Below are positions 10,732-19,908 of a DNA stretch of 58,320 nt, piece by piece. Position 1 is the first letter of the stretch. Each line of letters begins with the position of its first letter. The notes under the pieces were generated by a model that was given only the letters and a program-made list of their open reading frames with translations, was not told where the DNA came from and did not search any database. The stretch spans positions 1 through 58,320 of IMG/VR virus record IMGVR_UViG_3300032134_000003; one strand, written 5' to 3'. The translations under genes and the position numbers were made by a program. The DNA is from a virus (Duplodnaviria > Caudoviricetes).

Positions 10732-12106
10732 CGGCATAAGATCATTACCCCGGTATCGACACGGTGGGCCACACCCTGAGATCCCACGGGGTAATTATCC
10801 GAGCATCGGGCCAACGCCATCATGGGTGGAACGTGTTGCTGCTCAAATTAAATCTGTTCCACGCAGGATAAATAGAGCCTTGCAACCAGAGACAGCCGAG
10901 GAAACTGCTGCTTTGGTCGGTGCATCTATGATCCCCGGCGTTGGTGAGGGTATCGACATAGCTGACATCGTAGCTGGAGCGCGGACATCTGACCTTTCCA
11001 GAGTAGGATGGGGTCTGGCGGGGCTCGCTCTTCCTTTTGTCGCTGGCTCGGCTTTGCGAAAAATAAAAAAAGGCGCACCAAGCTCGTATGGATCTGCTGG
11101 TTGGTCAGGCTTTCGCAAAAATAGTCTCGTTTCTCCTGAGGTATATTCAGACCATTCTGAGTTGTTCAAAGCTGTTACGCAGGATCAGGAACACGCAGAC
11201 GCCTTGGAAGCTATTATGAAAAATAACAATATAGATCCATCGTCTTTAGGTGATTATGATTGGGACAATTTGATGGACGGAGAACTGTTTGATTGGTGGC
11301 CTCCAGAGGCCCACATGGGCCGTGAGGTCCAGAGGACCTTGGCCGAGCATATTGCTGATAATGCACCAAGTATTAGTAAAGACCTACCGCTAGGGATTAC
11401 TGCTCTTGGGCGTGAAGCAAGAAAATTATCAAGCAGGATTGCCCGTAAGTGGGACGACATTCGCCTTCCGATGGACGAAGCATCTGTTGCAAGGCGTTTA
11501 GATGAACAAGAATATTTGCAACTTTTTCATGGGACAGGTCGCAGGGGAAGAAAGTTAGAAATAACTGATGACGCTCCCTTGGATAGAGGTAGAGTGTTTT
11601 ATCAAACAGCAAACCCCGCCACAGCTAAAGATTACGGCGAGGTCATCAAAACTTATTCACGGGCACCCAACCAGCTTCGTTTTGATGCAGAAGGCGCACC
11701 TTGGAATGACATACCACTAGAAAACGTTCGTCGGCATATGGATCTTGATGACCTTGTGGCGTTTGATCGGCTGGTAGGGAGGTACGCTCCGAAGGGAAGC
11801 GTCAGTATTGACACTGATAATCTTTCTCATATTGCGCGAATAATGGGCTATAGTGGCTTTGATGCAGATAGACTAAGGGACGCTCCCTTTTCAAGTGCCG
11901 TACAGTGGGAGGGGGAGTTATCAGATGTTCCGTCTTTTGTGAGAGCTATTTTAGATCCTGGGCTTATTAGGTTTGAGGGTGCTAGGCTTGATCCACGCGA
12001 TTTGGGAAAAAATCTACCATTATCTGGTATAGTGGGACTGTTAGGTGTTGGAGCCGCTGGGGCTGCTCGCAGAAATTATGTTGAGAGAGAGCGCCGCGAT
12101 GAATAA
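10724..12106 (+). CDS. Pre-toxin TG-like domain + putative ADP-ribosyltransferase (ART-PolyVal-like) protein
   Basis: ASMIPGVGEGIDIADI...GWGLAGLALPFV (PT-TG-like); LFHGT...FYQT.NP..A..YG...GYSG resembles H-Y-clade ART; ATG 10724 overlaps the endolysin stop. Confidence 0.55.
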   Translation: MSNGIRSLPRYRHGGPHPEIPRGNYPSIGPTPSWVERVAAQIKSVPRRINRALQPETAEETAALVGASMIPGVGEGIDIADIVAGARTSDLSRVGWGLAGLALPFVAGSALRKIKKGAPSSYGSAGWSGFRKNSLVSPEVYSDHSELFKAVTQDQEHADALEAIMKNNNIDPSSLGDYDWDNLMDGELFDWWPPEAHMGREVQRTLAEHIADNAPSISKDLPLGITALGREARKLSSRIARKWDDIRLPMDEASVARRLDEQEYLQLFHGTGRRGRKLEITDDAPLDRGRVFYQTANPATAKDYGEVIKTYSRAPNQLRFDAEGAPWNDIPLENVRRHMDLDDLVAFDRLVGRYAPKGSVSIDTDNLSHIARIMGYSGFDADRLRDAPFSSAVQWEGELSDVPSFVRAILDPGLIRFEGARLDPRDLGKNLPLSGIVGLLGVGAAGAARRNYVERERRDE

Positions 12107-12305
12107 CGGCATAGACTGTCCGCGCTGCGCTTCAGAGAATGACGATGATGAAGAGTTTTGCTGGATGTGTAGATGGGACTTCAGCAAGGAATTCTCTACC
12201 TGTGATCAGTGTCACAATGAGCTAGAACAGGGCGAGGATTGTTTCGTTTGCAAGGAAGATCCTACTGCGGGATCAGCAGTCTGGAGATCGGAGAATTATA
12301 AATGA
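12099..12305 (+). CDS. Double zinc-ribbon protein
   Basis: Four CxxC pairs (CPRC, CWMC, CDQC, CFVC). Confidence 0.7.
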   Translation: MNNGIDCPRCASENDDDEEFCWMCRWDFSKEFSTCDQCHNELEQGEDCFVCKEDPTAGSAVWRSENYK

Positions 12306-13141
12306 AGCATATAGTGGTGTGCGTGGGGGACACACACTGCGGCTCGACAGTCGGGCTGTGTCCTCCCGAAGGATTGGAGTTGGATGACGGGGGGATGTAT
12401 GAACCCAACAAATCTCAACATTGGTTGTGGGATAACTGGGAAAAAGCATGGGCCGCAGTCAGGTCAGTTAAGCGCAAGAATAGAAAAGCAAAACTGCACT
12501 TGGTTCTTAATGGTGACCTCATTGATGGAGACCATCATCGCACTACTCAGATTGCGAGTGGGCTGACGGGCGTTCATGTAAGGTGTGCGCTGGAATCACT
12601 CAGGGTTCCCTTGGCACTCAAGCCCGATACGGTACACATCCTAAGAGGTACACCTAGCCATGTCGGCAGGGCAGGTGGGTCTGAAGAGGGGATAGCGCAG
12701 GCACTAAGCGCAGAAGGCTGGAATGTTATAAAAGATCCAGACACCGGAAAAAGATCATCGTATTCAAGGTTGATTCAGATCGGTCCAGTTCTGTTTGACA
12801 TTAAGCACCATGGGCGTATGGGCAGGCGGGCACATACCAAGGGTCCATACATCAGATGGTTCGCTCAAGACATCTTCTTCAACTACATGATGGACCATGA
12901 GCAGCCGCCCGACGTAGCTGTCCGGTCCCACTTCCATCAGTTCGCTGACAGCGGAAGGATTCACAAGGTGAAGACCAGGGCCGTGGCACTCCCCGCTTGG
13001 CAACTCGCTACAGAGTATGTACATAGGGTGGCTGAGTCCTTGGCTGACATTGGGCTTGTATGGTTTGAGATTGATGACGATGATTATGACATGAAGACCG
13101 TACTTTATAAGCCCGACAGGCCAACAACTGTGGAGGTATAG
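12302..13141 (+). CDS. Calcineurin-like metallophosphoesterase
   Basis: GDTH, NGDLIDG, HHG, SHFH motifs. Confidence 0.8.
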   Translation: MKHIVVCVGDTHCGSTVGLCPPEGLELDDGGMYEPNKSQHWLWDNWEKAWAAVRSVKRKNRKAKLHLVLNGDLIDGDHHRTTQIASGLTGVHVRCALESLRVPLALKPDTVHILRGTPSHVGRAGGSEEGIAQALSAEGWNVIKDPDTGKRSSYSRLIQIGPVLFDIKHHGRMGRRAHTKGPYIRWFAQDIFFNYMMDHEQPPDVAVRSHFHQFADSGRIHKVKTRAVALPAWQLATEYVHRVAESLADIGLVWFEIDDDDYDMKTVLYKPDRPTTVEV

Positions 13142-13402
13142 GTGGGACAGGTTACTGAATCGGAACTCCTTCAGCAGGTTAGGGATGCCCTAGATTTTTC
13201 CGAGACACAAGACGGCGCAATGTCTGTGTTGGAACTAGCAGCATCTCTCAACATAAGCCCCTACGCTGTACGAAACAGACTAAGAAAGCTTATTGCGTCT
13301 GGATCGGTGGGGCTCGCTCGCGTAAGACGCGCAGGGCTAGACGGAGTTGTTCAAAATAGGGTGGCCTATCAAGCCGTCAAGCAACAAGTAGACAAGGACT
13401 GA
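13142..13402 (+). CDS. Winged helix-turn-helix protein
   Basis: SVLELAASLNISPYAVRNRLRKLIASG HTH pattern. Confidence 0.7.
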   Translation: MGQVTESELLQQVRDALDFSETQDGAMSVLELAASLNISPYAVRNRLRKLIASGSVGLARVRRAGLDGVVQNRVAYQAVKQQVDKD

Positions 13403-13530
13403 GGCACGCCAGGAAAACCTCCGCCTAAGGATTATTTTTTGCTGCATCAGCCCTGCCCTTGCTGCTATATTTTTAAAAAATTGTTTTTAGTGTACCGAAT
13501 GAACCGTATCAAGGCGTAACACCCGTAACG

Positions 13531-14160
13531 ATGAGCATAGAATCAAAAGAAATCGCCGTGCTGGCGGGCGTTCTCATTATACTAATCCTTGGCCTTAGGG
13601 GTTTTAGCAATGCGAAGGTCGATGCTCTAGTGACAGAAGAGCGAGTGCGGATACTAGAGGGACAGCGCATAGGGCTTGAGCGTCAGATGGAAGAAGCCGC
13701 TGAAGGCTACGAGGTCCTGCGCGATAGCCTGGATAGAGCCCATGATTCCATAGCTGGGGTACGAGAAGATGCCGTCGCAAGGGCCTCCCGTGCCTCTGTA
13801 AGCCTTGCCACCGACATGGAGGCACTCAGGGATAGTATCAGTGTCGTTCAGCCCGACAGTGGCCTAGGAGAGATCGTTGACAGAATACAAGCGGGCCATG
13901 AAGCTCAGGTCCAAGCGTATGAGGCCCAGGTCAAGACACTTGAGGCAGACAATCTCTTACTGTGGCGGCGGGTGGCGGTGTTGGACTCACTGTGGATCCA
14001 AGAGCAGGACCTAAACGCATCCCTTAGAATTGAGATAGCCGCCCTCAACCAAGAGTCTGACGCTTGGCGGAGAGCGGCTAATCCCAACATCTTTAAGAAA
14101 CTAGGTGGGAGTATTCCCTATGTCCTGGCTGGTGCCGGGGCCGTGATCCTTATGAATTAA
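13531..14160 (+). CDS. Membrane-anchored coiled-coil protein (possible spanin)
   Basis: N-terminal hydrophobic helix, long coiled coil, hydrophobic C-terminus; end of lysis region. Confidence 0.5.
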   Translation: MSIESKEIAVLAGVLIILILGLRGFSNAKVDALVTEERVRILEGQRIGLERQMEEAAEGYEVLRDSLDRAHDSIAGVREDAVARASRASVSLATDMEALRDSISVVQPDSGLGEIVDRIQAGHEAQVQAYEAQVKTLEADNLLLWRRVAVLDSLWIQEQDLNASLRIEIAALNQESDAWRRAANPNIFKKLGGSIPYVLAGAGAVILMN

Positions 14161-14725
14161 TACTGAGCCACGAATAAAAGGCGCTGGACTCATAGCCAGA
14201 CATGAGGTCTTGGTAGTCGAAGTGCCTACCAAGGGCGTCCACGATACTTACTCGTTCTGATTCAAACCCCAGTACCTCACCGGGAGGGTGGCTGTAGTAG
14301 CAAACGCCGCTGACGGTGGTCCTGTTGAGTGCAAAGTCCCGGCCTTTTCCCGTCAGCTTCCATAAGCCGCTTGACCTCTTTGTTGGGTCTGGATTCTTTG
14401 GGCTTTTTTTGATGAGCCCCCAGTACCGAAGTTTCGCATAATCACCGCCGCCATTTATGGCCCCTGATGTGGGTATGTGAAGGTACTCTCCCTCCTTGCC
14501 ATGGAATGCCATCCATATCAGTACCCGAGCGTATGACCCGATCTTATAGGCGTACACTTTCGAGTTGGCACCACAATGATTACACCTAGATATCGGCTCG
14601 CTAGACAGTTTTCGTAAGCGATCTATGTCAGAAAAATATTCAGTTTCTTTATTATCTGGGTTAAACATAGATAACTGGCTTGGACATTTTTCAGCTTGGG
14701 CGATCCATTCTGTTTCCTTGTTCAT
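14150..14725 (-). CDS. Hypothetical protein (CxxC + possible winged helix)
   Basis: Strong RBS GAGGAGGAG before ATG 14725; 191 aa. Confidence 0.65.
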   Translation of the reverse strand: MNKETEWIAQAEKCPSQLSMFNPDNKETEYFSDIDRLRKLSSEPISRCNHCGANSKVYAYKIGSYARVLIWMAFHGKEGEYLHIPTSGAINGGGDYAKLRYWGLIKKSPKNPDPTKRSSGLWKLTGKGRDFALNRTTVSGVCYYSHPPGEVLGFESERVSIVDALGRHFDYQDLMSGYESSAFYSWLSINS

Positions 14726-14808
14726 CACTCCTCCTCTCAATAAAGAATCCCAAGGGGGGCAGGGCGACCTACACTTCGTCGCCACCCCCCCCAGGTCCAC
14801 TACTTAGG

Positions 14809-15084
14809 TTACATATACCATTTCACATCTGCCTGCGCTGCATACGACTTGGTATCAGTTGGTGTCGCATCGGTGGCATCTGTGTACGCCGCTATCGCCT
14901 TGGTCATGTACGCCGTGATACTGATACCGTCTTTGTCGGCACATGAACGGGCTTCCTCAAACAGGCTGTGCGGAAGCCTGAGTAAGAACTGTTTCCTACC
15001 AGGGGAGTCCGTCACTGTCGCCCTCACTCTCTCCCTCGCTCTCGGTGTCTGTGTTGTTGGTCGGTTCGTCCATGGGCTTGACAC
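14809..15084 (-). CDS. Ribbon-helix-helix (Arc/HicB-like) DNA-binding protein
   Basis: KQFLLRLPHSLFEEARSCADKDGISITAYMTKAI RHH pattern. Confidence 0.7.
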   Translation of the reverse strand: MSSPWTNRPTTQTPRARERVRATVTDSPGRKQFLLRLPHSLFEEARSCADKDGISITAYMTKAIAAYTDATDATPTDTKSYAAQADVKWYM

Positions 15085-15316
15085 GCTCCAGTTCCAACCG
15101 GAAGAACTTATAATCCAACCCAGCCTTACTTGTGCGATTCCACATGGCGGCTCTCAGGACGGGCATTGTACCTGTCTTAGCTCTGTCTACCATCGCCTTT
15201 AGGAATTCCCTAGTGAACTCTATCTTGCCTACCTCCGAAGGGTGGCGGTCGGTCTTAGCGTACTTGTTTGCGAAGACCGCAAAGTCCAACTTTGGGTCGT
15301 TGTCGTAGTCACTCAT
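14996..15316 (-). CDS. Putative single-stranded DNA-binding protein
   Basis: Beta-rich core (FANK...HP...GKI...AAMW...SKAG..Y), acidic tail ending GLPW, adjacent to the annealase. Confidence 0.6.
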   Translation of the reverse strand: MSDYDNDPKLDFAVFANKYAKTDRHPSEVGKIEFTREFLKAMVDRAKTGTMPVLRAAMWNRTSKAGLDYKFFRLELERVKPMDEPTNNTDTESEGESEGDSDGLPW

Positions 15317-16016
15317 CGTTCTTTCCATCCTCGTTATCGTGAAGTTGTAATGCACTCTCTGCGAGTGTCAGGATATCCTTCCTTAGATTGACCAAGGTGT
15401 CCATGTCACGGCCCTTGATCGCACTGGTGATCTGCTTCTTGGCGGCAGCGTCGGCGGGTGTCCACCCTCGCTTGTGCAGGTCGGTTATTGTCGCCTTGAG
15501 ATTCGTGATCGCCCAGTCCACCTCCTCGTTGGTTGGTGTTGGTTCGGCTTGCGACTTGATCGGACGTTCGCTAGAAAGACTGGGCGTAGCGTCCACTGGG
15601 GCATCCTCACCAGCATATACATATGCACCTAATCCCAGGACCCCAAGGCACTTCGTGAGACAGCGTTGTTTCGCGTCAGAGATGGCGCGGCTGTCGGGAT
15701 TAGTTATTGCCCTGTTCCTGTGGTCCATTACGGGCAACCACATCTCTCTCTGTACATCACTCCCAATGGATATGGAGCAGCAGACAGATGCGGTGCCACC
15801 AGGGTAGGTCGTGATATCCCTGGTTACGCCCTTCTCGTCCGTCATTCCATGCCACTTGATAGTAAGCTGTGGGTAGTGGGCCATCATAATCGACCACGCC
15901 CAAGCCCAACTCAAGTAGGTTAGCCCTCCCTTCTCTTGGGTATGCTCGCTGACGTTGATAGCGTACAGCGTGTCCCAAACTTCCTTAGCTGTTGGATTCT
16001 TTTTTACTGTTGCCAT
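15309..16016 (-). CDS. Sak/Rad52-like single-strand annealing protein (DUF1071-like)
   Basis: EKGGLTYLSWAWAW...MWLPVMDHRN...AKQRCLTKCL..LGLG.YVYAGED. Confidence 0.85.
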   Translation of the reverse strand: MATVKKNPTAKEVWDTLYAINVSEHTQEKGGLTYLSWAWAWSIMMAHYPQLTIKWHGMTDEKGVTRDITTYPGGTASVCCSISIGSDVQREMWLPVMDHRNRAITNPDSRAISDAKQRCLTKCLGVLGLGAYVYAGEDAPVDATPSLSSERPIKSQAEPTPTNEEVDWAITNLKATITDLHKRGWTPADAAAKKQITSAIKGRDMDTLVNLRKDILTLAESALQLHDNEDGKNDE

Positions 16017-16719
16017 TACTACTTCCTCCCCATTGTGGACAAAACTCACTTACAGAACACCACCCTTCACACCTAATGAACTTTGTTCCAGCGGCGTTCA
16101 TCCAACGTTCCTCATCCGTACAAGGAGTAGTCTCGTCCTTGGTGTGGATGGCTATCCGTTGGGATACAAACCTCTCTTGTCTCTCCGGCGACCAAAGCGG
16201 AACTGGAATCGAAACAATTGGACTCTCTGGATAATTATTTTGCCAGCGACGACTCTTTGTCCAATCCCTGCATATCGCAACGATGGTCAAGCTATTTGTT
16301 TCAGTTCCATTTTTTCCTAGAAGCCACGCATACAGATTGAGTTGTGACTCCCAGTCAGACTTGAGGGACTTGGTTGCGGTGTAGACAGACGTAACCTTGT
16401 AGTCGGTAACGTGCCCATCTTTCACCAAGTCCACTGCACCGGAGATCTTTACGCCATCATGCTCAGAGAACAACCTCTGCTCCACAGTACCGTCACCGTG
16501 GCCCTCTAGTACAGCATGGACGCCAGACCCCAAGAGCTTCCAAAGCTCGTCACTAACGTCGGAGGTGATGAGGTCTTCATTCTCCTCCCACAGGCGGGTG
16601 ATTTGCGGAGGCTGGAGCAGCCCCGTTACGCTGAAGTCGGCTTCTCCCTTGTCATAGGGGTCAGCTTCAATGGCCCTTATGAAAACATCCGGTGCCCCGT
16701 AACGGTTTGTAAGCTTCAC
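15985..16719 (-). CDS. PD-(D/E)XK Cas4-like exonuclease
   Basis: G..VH, ISGAVD, DYKVT, QLNLY motifs and C-terminal Cys cluster. Confidence 0.85.
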   Translation of the reverse strand: MKLTNRYGAPDVFIRAIEADPYDKGEADFSVTGLLQPPQITRLWEENEDLITSDVSDELWKLLGSGVHAVLEGHGDGTVEQRLFSEHDGVKISGAVDLVKDGHVTDYKVTSVYTATKSLKSDWESQLNLYAWLLGKNGTETNSLTIVAICRDWTKSRRWQNNYPESPIVSIPVPLWSPERQERFVSQRIAIHTKDETTPCTDEERWMNAAGTKFIRCEGWCSVSEFCPQWGGSSNGNSKKESNS

Positions 16720-16988
16720 TCCGTCCTCCAGACACCGATCTTCCTGTCATCGCTCACGAAGCGGCAGGTAAATTTCTTATTGAGCTTCTTGCCATAACGA
16801 AAGGCCGCTGACCGTAGCCGATTCTCTACCGTCCTGCGCCCATCACTGTCCCCATCGGCCTCTGCGTCTACCACAAAAGACTCCCCAACTTCTAGGTCAT
16901 CAAAGGGATAATCCAAGGACCCAAGGCTCATCTTGCTGGGCATCGGTCGATCATTACGAATGTCAAAATTACTCAAGCCACCCTCCAT
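16716..16988 (-). CDS. Small phage putative DNA-binding protein (paralog A)
   Basis: YPFDDLEVGESF...RSAAFRY...KFTCR...IGVWR. Confidence 0.65.
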   Translation of the reverse strand: MEGGLSNFDIRNDRPMPSKMSLGSLDYPFDDLEVGESFVVDAEADGDSDGRRTVENRLRSAAFRYGKKLNKKFTCRFVSDDRKIGVWRTE

Positions 16989-17284
16989 ATTCCAATTCCA
17001 TAACCAGTCTTGCGAACAGTAAATTTCCTGCTCGTTCTGCGAGATACACGATACACATAACTTCTGATTGAACTGATCAGCGCATCTACTCCCTCCTTAT
17101 CCATGGGCATTTCGATGAGGTCCCCTACTGCCACGCTCTCTAGCGGCAGGTCGCCCCACTTGCGTCTTGGCCCAGGATTCACGGGCGGCGGTACGCCTAC
17201 TCCCTCGTAAACCCTGTACCGTGTGTGAACCTTGGCTTCTTCTTGCACCTTCAGCCTCCGGGTGTTATCGTCTGTGGCGCTCAA
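16973..17284 (-). CDS. Small phage putative DNA-binding protein (paralog B)
   Basis: LPLESVAVGD...RSYVYR...KFTVR...IGIWR, same pattern as its neighbour. Confidence 0.65.
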   Translation of the reverse strand: MSATDDNTRRLKVQEEAKVHTRYRVYEGVGVPPPVNPGPRRKWGDLPLESVAVGDLIEMPMDKEGVDALISSIRSYVYRVSRRTSRKFTVRKTGYGIGIWRVA

Positions 17285-17295
17285 CGTCGAGGGGA

Positions 17296-17754
17296 ATGAT
17301 AATCAACCGCTTAAAGAAACGCAATGGTATTGACAGCGATCCGTGTATCATTACTATACTTGGCGAGCCAGCCTCTAAGGCAAACTCCCGTCGCTTGGTT
17401 TACATGGGCGGTAGACCGAGGTTTATTAAATCAAAAAAAGCTCTTTTGTATTCAAGAGATTTCGATTTACAGTGCCCAGTTAGAAAGACTTTGTTTGAAG
17501 AAGATCTTAGTATAGCTATAAAGATTTACTATAAAACTAGAAGACCCGATCTAGATGAATCTTTAATACTAGATCTTTTAGAAGGTAAGGTGTTTAAGAA
17601 TGACCGAAGTATAAAATCCAAGTATGTTATACATGGATTAGATAAAGAACATTCTCGTTCAGTTATTGTTGTTAGTAGTTTAGGTAATGAATGTTTAGTT
17701 AGAGATACTTTATTAGCCCTAGTAAAAGAAGAGGAGGTTACCCAGTGCAAGTAG
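17296..17754 (+). CDS. rusA: RusA-like Holliday junction resolvase
   Basis: GEPASKANSRR, RPDLD, ILD.L.G.VFKNDR motifs; RBS GAGGGG before ATG 17296. Confidence 0.85.
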   Translation: MIINRLKKRNGIDSDPCIITILGEPASKANSRRLVYMGGRPRFIKSKKALLYSRDFDLQCPVRKTLFEEDLSIAIKIYYKTRRPDLDESLILDLLEGKVFKNDRSIKSKYVIHGLDKEHSRSVIVVSSLGNECLVRDTLLALVKEEEVTQCK

Positions 17755-19523
17755 TACAGCAGTTTCGCAGTGTAGTTTCTGGGCTTAGTAGTGGGCAACA
17801 CAAGAAGCAATGTCCAGAGTGTCAGGGCGATAGGTCTAGCAAGAACCGAAGTGACCGACCCCTCTCCATCAAGGTGGACCTTACGGGGGTTAAGTACAGG
17901 TGCCATCACTGCGGAGTGGAGGGTGGGTGGGATCACAACGACGATCTTAACTTCGACTCACCCAACTCTACGGCGGCTAATAACTACGTCCCCCCGAAGA
18001 GGGAAAACTTCCCCATTAAAACCAATCGCGAAGCCACCAATGGGGAGGCACTTAACTACCTGAAGTCCAGGCACATAACCGATGAGGTTATTAAGAGCCA
18101 TGCGATACTTGGCACCTATCGGTTCAATGGCAAGGTGACCCCAGCAGTCGGGTTTCCCTACAGAGAGGGCAGTGCTGTTAGCGCCGTGAAGTGGAGATCC
18201 GCTAACAAAGAGAAGCGGTTTAGCCAAGAAAATGTATGCGAAGATTTTTTTAATCTGGACCTCCATGTCGAGGGCAATGACGTTCTGATCTGTGAAGGAG
18301 AGATGGACGCGCTCGCTTGGATGAGTGCCAGCATCCCGAAGAATGTGACCATTCTTTCTATACCCAATGGCGCTCCCGCCACGGTGCGGGACGGCAAGAT
18401 TGATCCGAAAGATGACAACAAGTTTCGGTATATCTGGCGGGCGAAGAAGCAGTTGGATTCTGCACCAAGGATCATCCTGAACACCGACCACGACGCTCCC
18501 GGAAGAGCCCTCCAAGAAGAGATCATCCGCAGGGTGGGCAGTGCAAAGATCTGGACGATAGACCTTGGTGACCACAAAGATGCTTCGGAAGCCTTGGGTG
18601 TCGAGGGTGCCGCATATCTTGAGCAACAGTTGGAGTACTGCGAAAGGATTCCAACCATTGGGTTACATGGCGCAGAAGAATTTGTCGATTCATTCGTAGA
18701 TTTATACGACAATGGCCAGATGAAAGGGGCCTCTACTGGCTTGGCCTCACTGGATAGGTACATACAAATTCCCTTGGGTATGCTTACGGTGGTCACGGGC
18801 TTCCCCGGTAGTGGGAAGTCAGACTTGGTTGACCAGATTTGCATCAACTTGGCAAAATCACATAACTGGAAAACGGTTTACTGTTCTTTTGAAAAGCCGC
18901 CTGAGTTACACATGGCCCAGTTAGCGCAGAAGATCTGTGACCGCCCATTTTTCGAGGGTCCGTCCGCTCGTATGAGTGCCGAGGAACGTGACTTTTCCGC
19001 TGACTGGATTAAAGAAAACTTCATGTTCATGGACAGTCGGCGTGACAGTCCGAATGACATTGAGGGAATCCTAAAGACTGCTAGTGCGGCAGTAATGAGG
19101 ATGGGTTGCAGGATCTTGGTGATAGATCCTTACAACCACATAAAGCTCAACTACGGCCAGCGTGAAACGGATGCTATTTCGGAGATGCTAACCTCCGTGC
19201 AACAATTCGCTCGTGATCATGCGTGTCATGTATTCTTTGTGGCCCACCCGACCAAGCTCCCGCCTGACCGTCGTGGAGGTGCCAAGGTGGTAGTGACTGG
19301 CCACGATGTGGCGGGTTCAGCGGCTTGGTTTGCGAAGGCCGACATCGGCATGACTGTGTGGCGTCACCCAAGAGATGAGGATCCCCCAGAAGCTCACATC
19401 TGGAAAACCAGATGGTCTTGGATGGGCAAGAATGGTGTCTGCCCCCTGCACTTCAACCCCATCACTGGACGTTGGCAGGACTTTAGCCCTGCGCTTGACG
19501 ATTATGATTGGGAGTTTGAGTAA
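17745..19523 (+). CDS. T7 gp4/Twinkle-like primase-helicase
   Basis: CPEC...CHHC zinc finger, TOPRIM (ICEGEMDAL, DHD), Walker A TGFPGSGKS, LVIDPYN, VAHP. Confidence 0.92.
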   Translation: MQVVQQFRSVVSGLSSGQHKKQCPECQGDRSSKNRSDRPLSIKVDLTGVKYRCHHCGVEGGWDHNDDLNFDSPNSTAANNYVPPKRENFPIKTNREATNGEALNYLKSRHITDEVIKSHAILGTYRFNGKVTPAVGFPYREGSAVSAVKWRSANKEKRFSQENVCEDFFNLDLHVEGNDVLICEGEMDALAWMSASIPKNVTILSIPNGAPATVRDGKIDPKDDNKFRYIWRAKKQLDSAPRIILNTDHDAPGRALQEEIIRRVGSAKIWTIDLGDHKDASEALGVEGAAYLEQQLEYCERIPTIGLHGAEEFVDSFVDLYDNGQMKGASTGLASLDRYIQIPLGMLTVVTGFPGSGKSDLVDQICINLAKSHNWKTVYCSFEKPPELHMAQLAQKICDRPFFEGPSARMSAEERDFSADWIKENFMFMDSRRDSPNDIEGILKTASAAVMRMGCRILVIDPYNHIKLNYGQRETDAISEMLTSVQQFARDHACHVFFVAHPTKLPPDRRGGAKVVVTGHDVAGSAAWFAKADIGMTVWRHPRDEDPPEAHIWKTRWSWMGKNGVCPLHFNPITGRWQDFSPALDDYDWEFE

Positions 19524-19554
19524 GGACTAATAGGGGCTATCAAAACCTGTGACA

Positions 19555-19602
19555 CGCTGACTGTTAATCAGCGGGTCACAGGTCAGAGTCCTGTCGCCGG
19601 AG
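19555..19602 (+). pseudogene. 3' fragment of tRNA-Asn(GTT)
   Basis: Anticodon arm GCTGA-CTGTTAA-TCAGC, T-arm ACAGG-TCAGAGT-CCTGT, acceptor 3' strand CGCCGGA-G; no D-arm or 5' acceptor strand. Confidence 0.6.
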
Positions 19603-19614
19603 CTTGAGAAAACC

Positions 19615-19652
19615 AAGGCCCTGCAACCTTTTCTGGGTTGTGGGGCTTTGTG
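19615..19652 (+). terminator. Hairpin/terminator between convergent transcription units
   Basis: AAGGCCCTGCAACC...GGTTGTGGGGCTTT stem with G-U pairs. Confidence 0.45.
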
Positions 19653-19908
19653 TTGTCCAGCGACTAGGCAGTGCTGGGACTCACTCCACCTAAAATTATT
19701 CTTAGGTGAGACATTTTTCCACAGTGTGTGTCCTGTGTGTCCCGTGCCCCCGGTCAGGGCCGCTTGACGGGGGGCGACCGCTGGAATACATTGTGTCCAT
19801 ACTACATGACCTCCTCCTTGTAGTATTAGATGTGGATTGGGTCTACGTCTCCCGCCGTCAGCGTGCTTCGCGCTGGCGGCGGTTTTTGTGAGGGTGTATC
19901 GCATTGTA

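Noticed and set aside
19530-19605. Intact tRNA-Asn gene
   Set aside because: No D-arm, no 5' acceptor strand, non-canonical T-loop, no CCA
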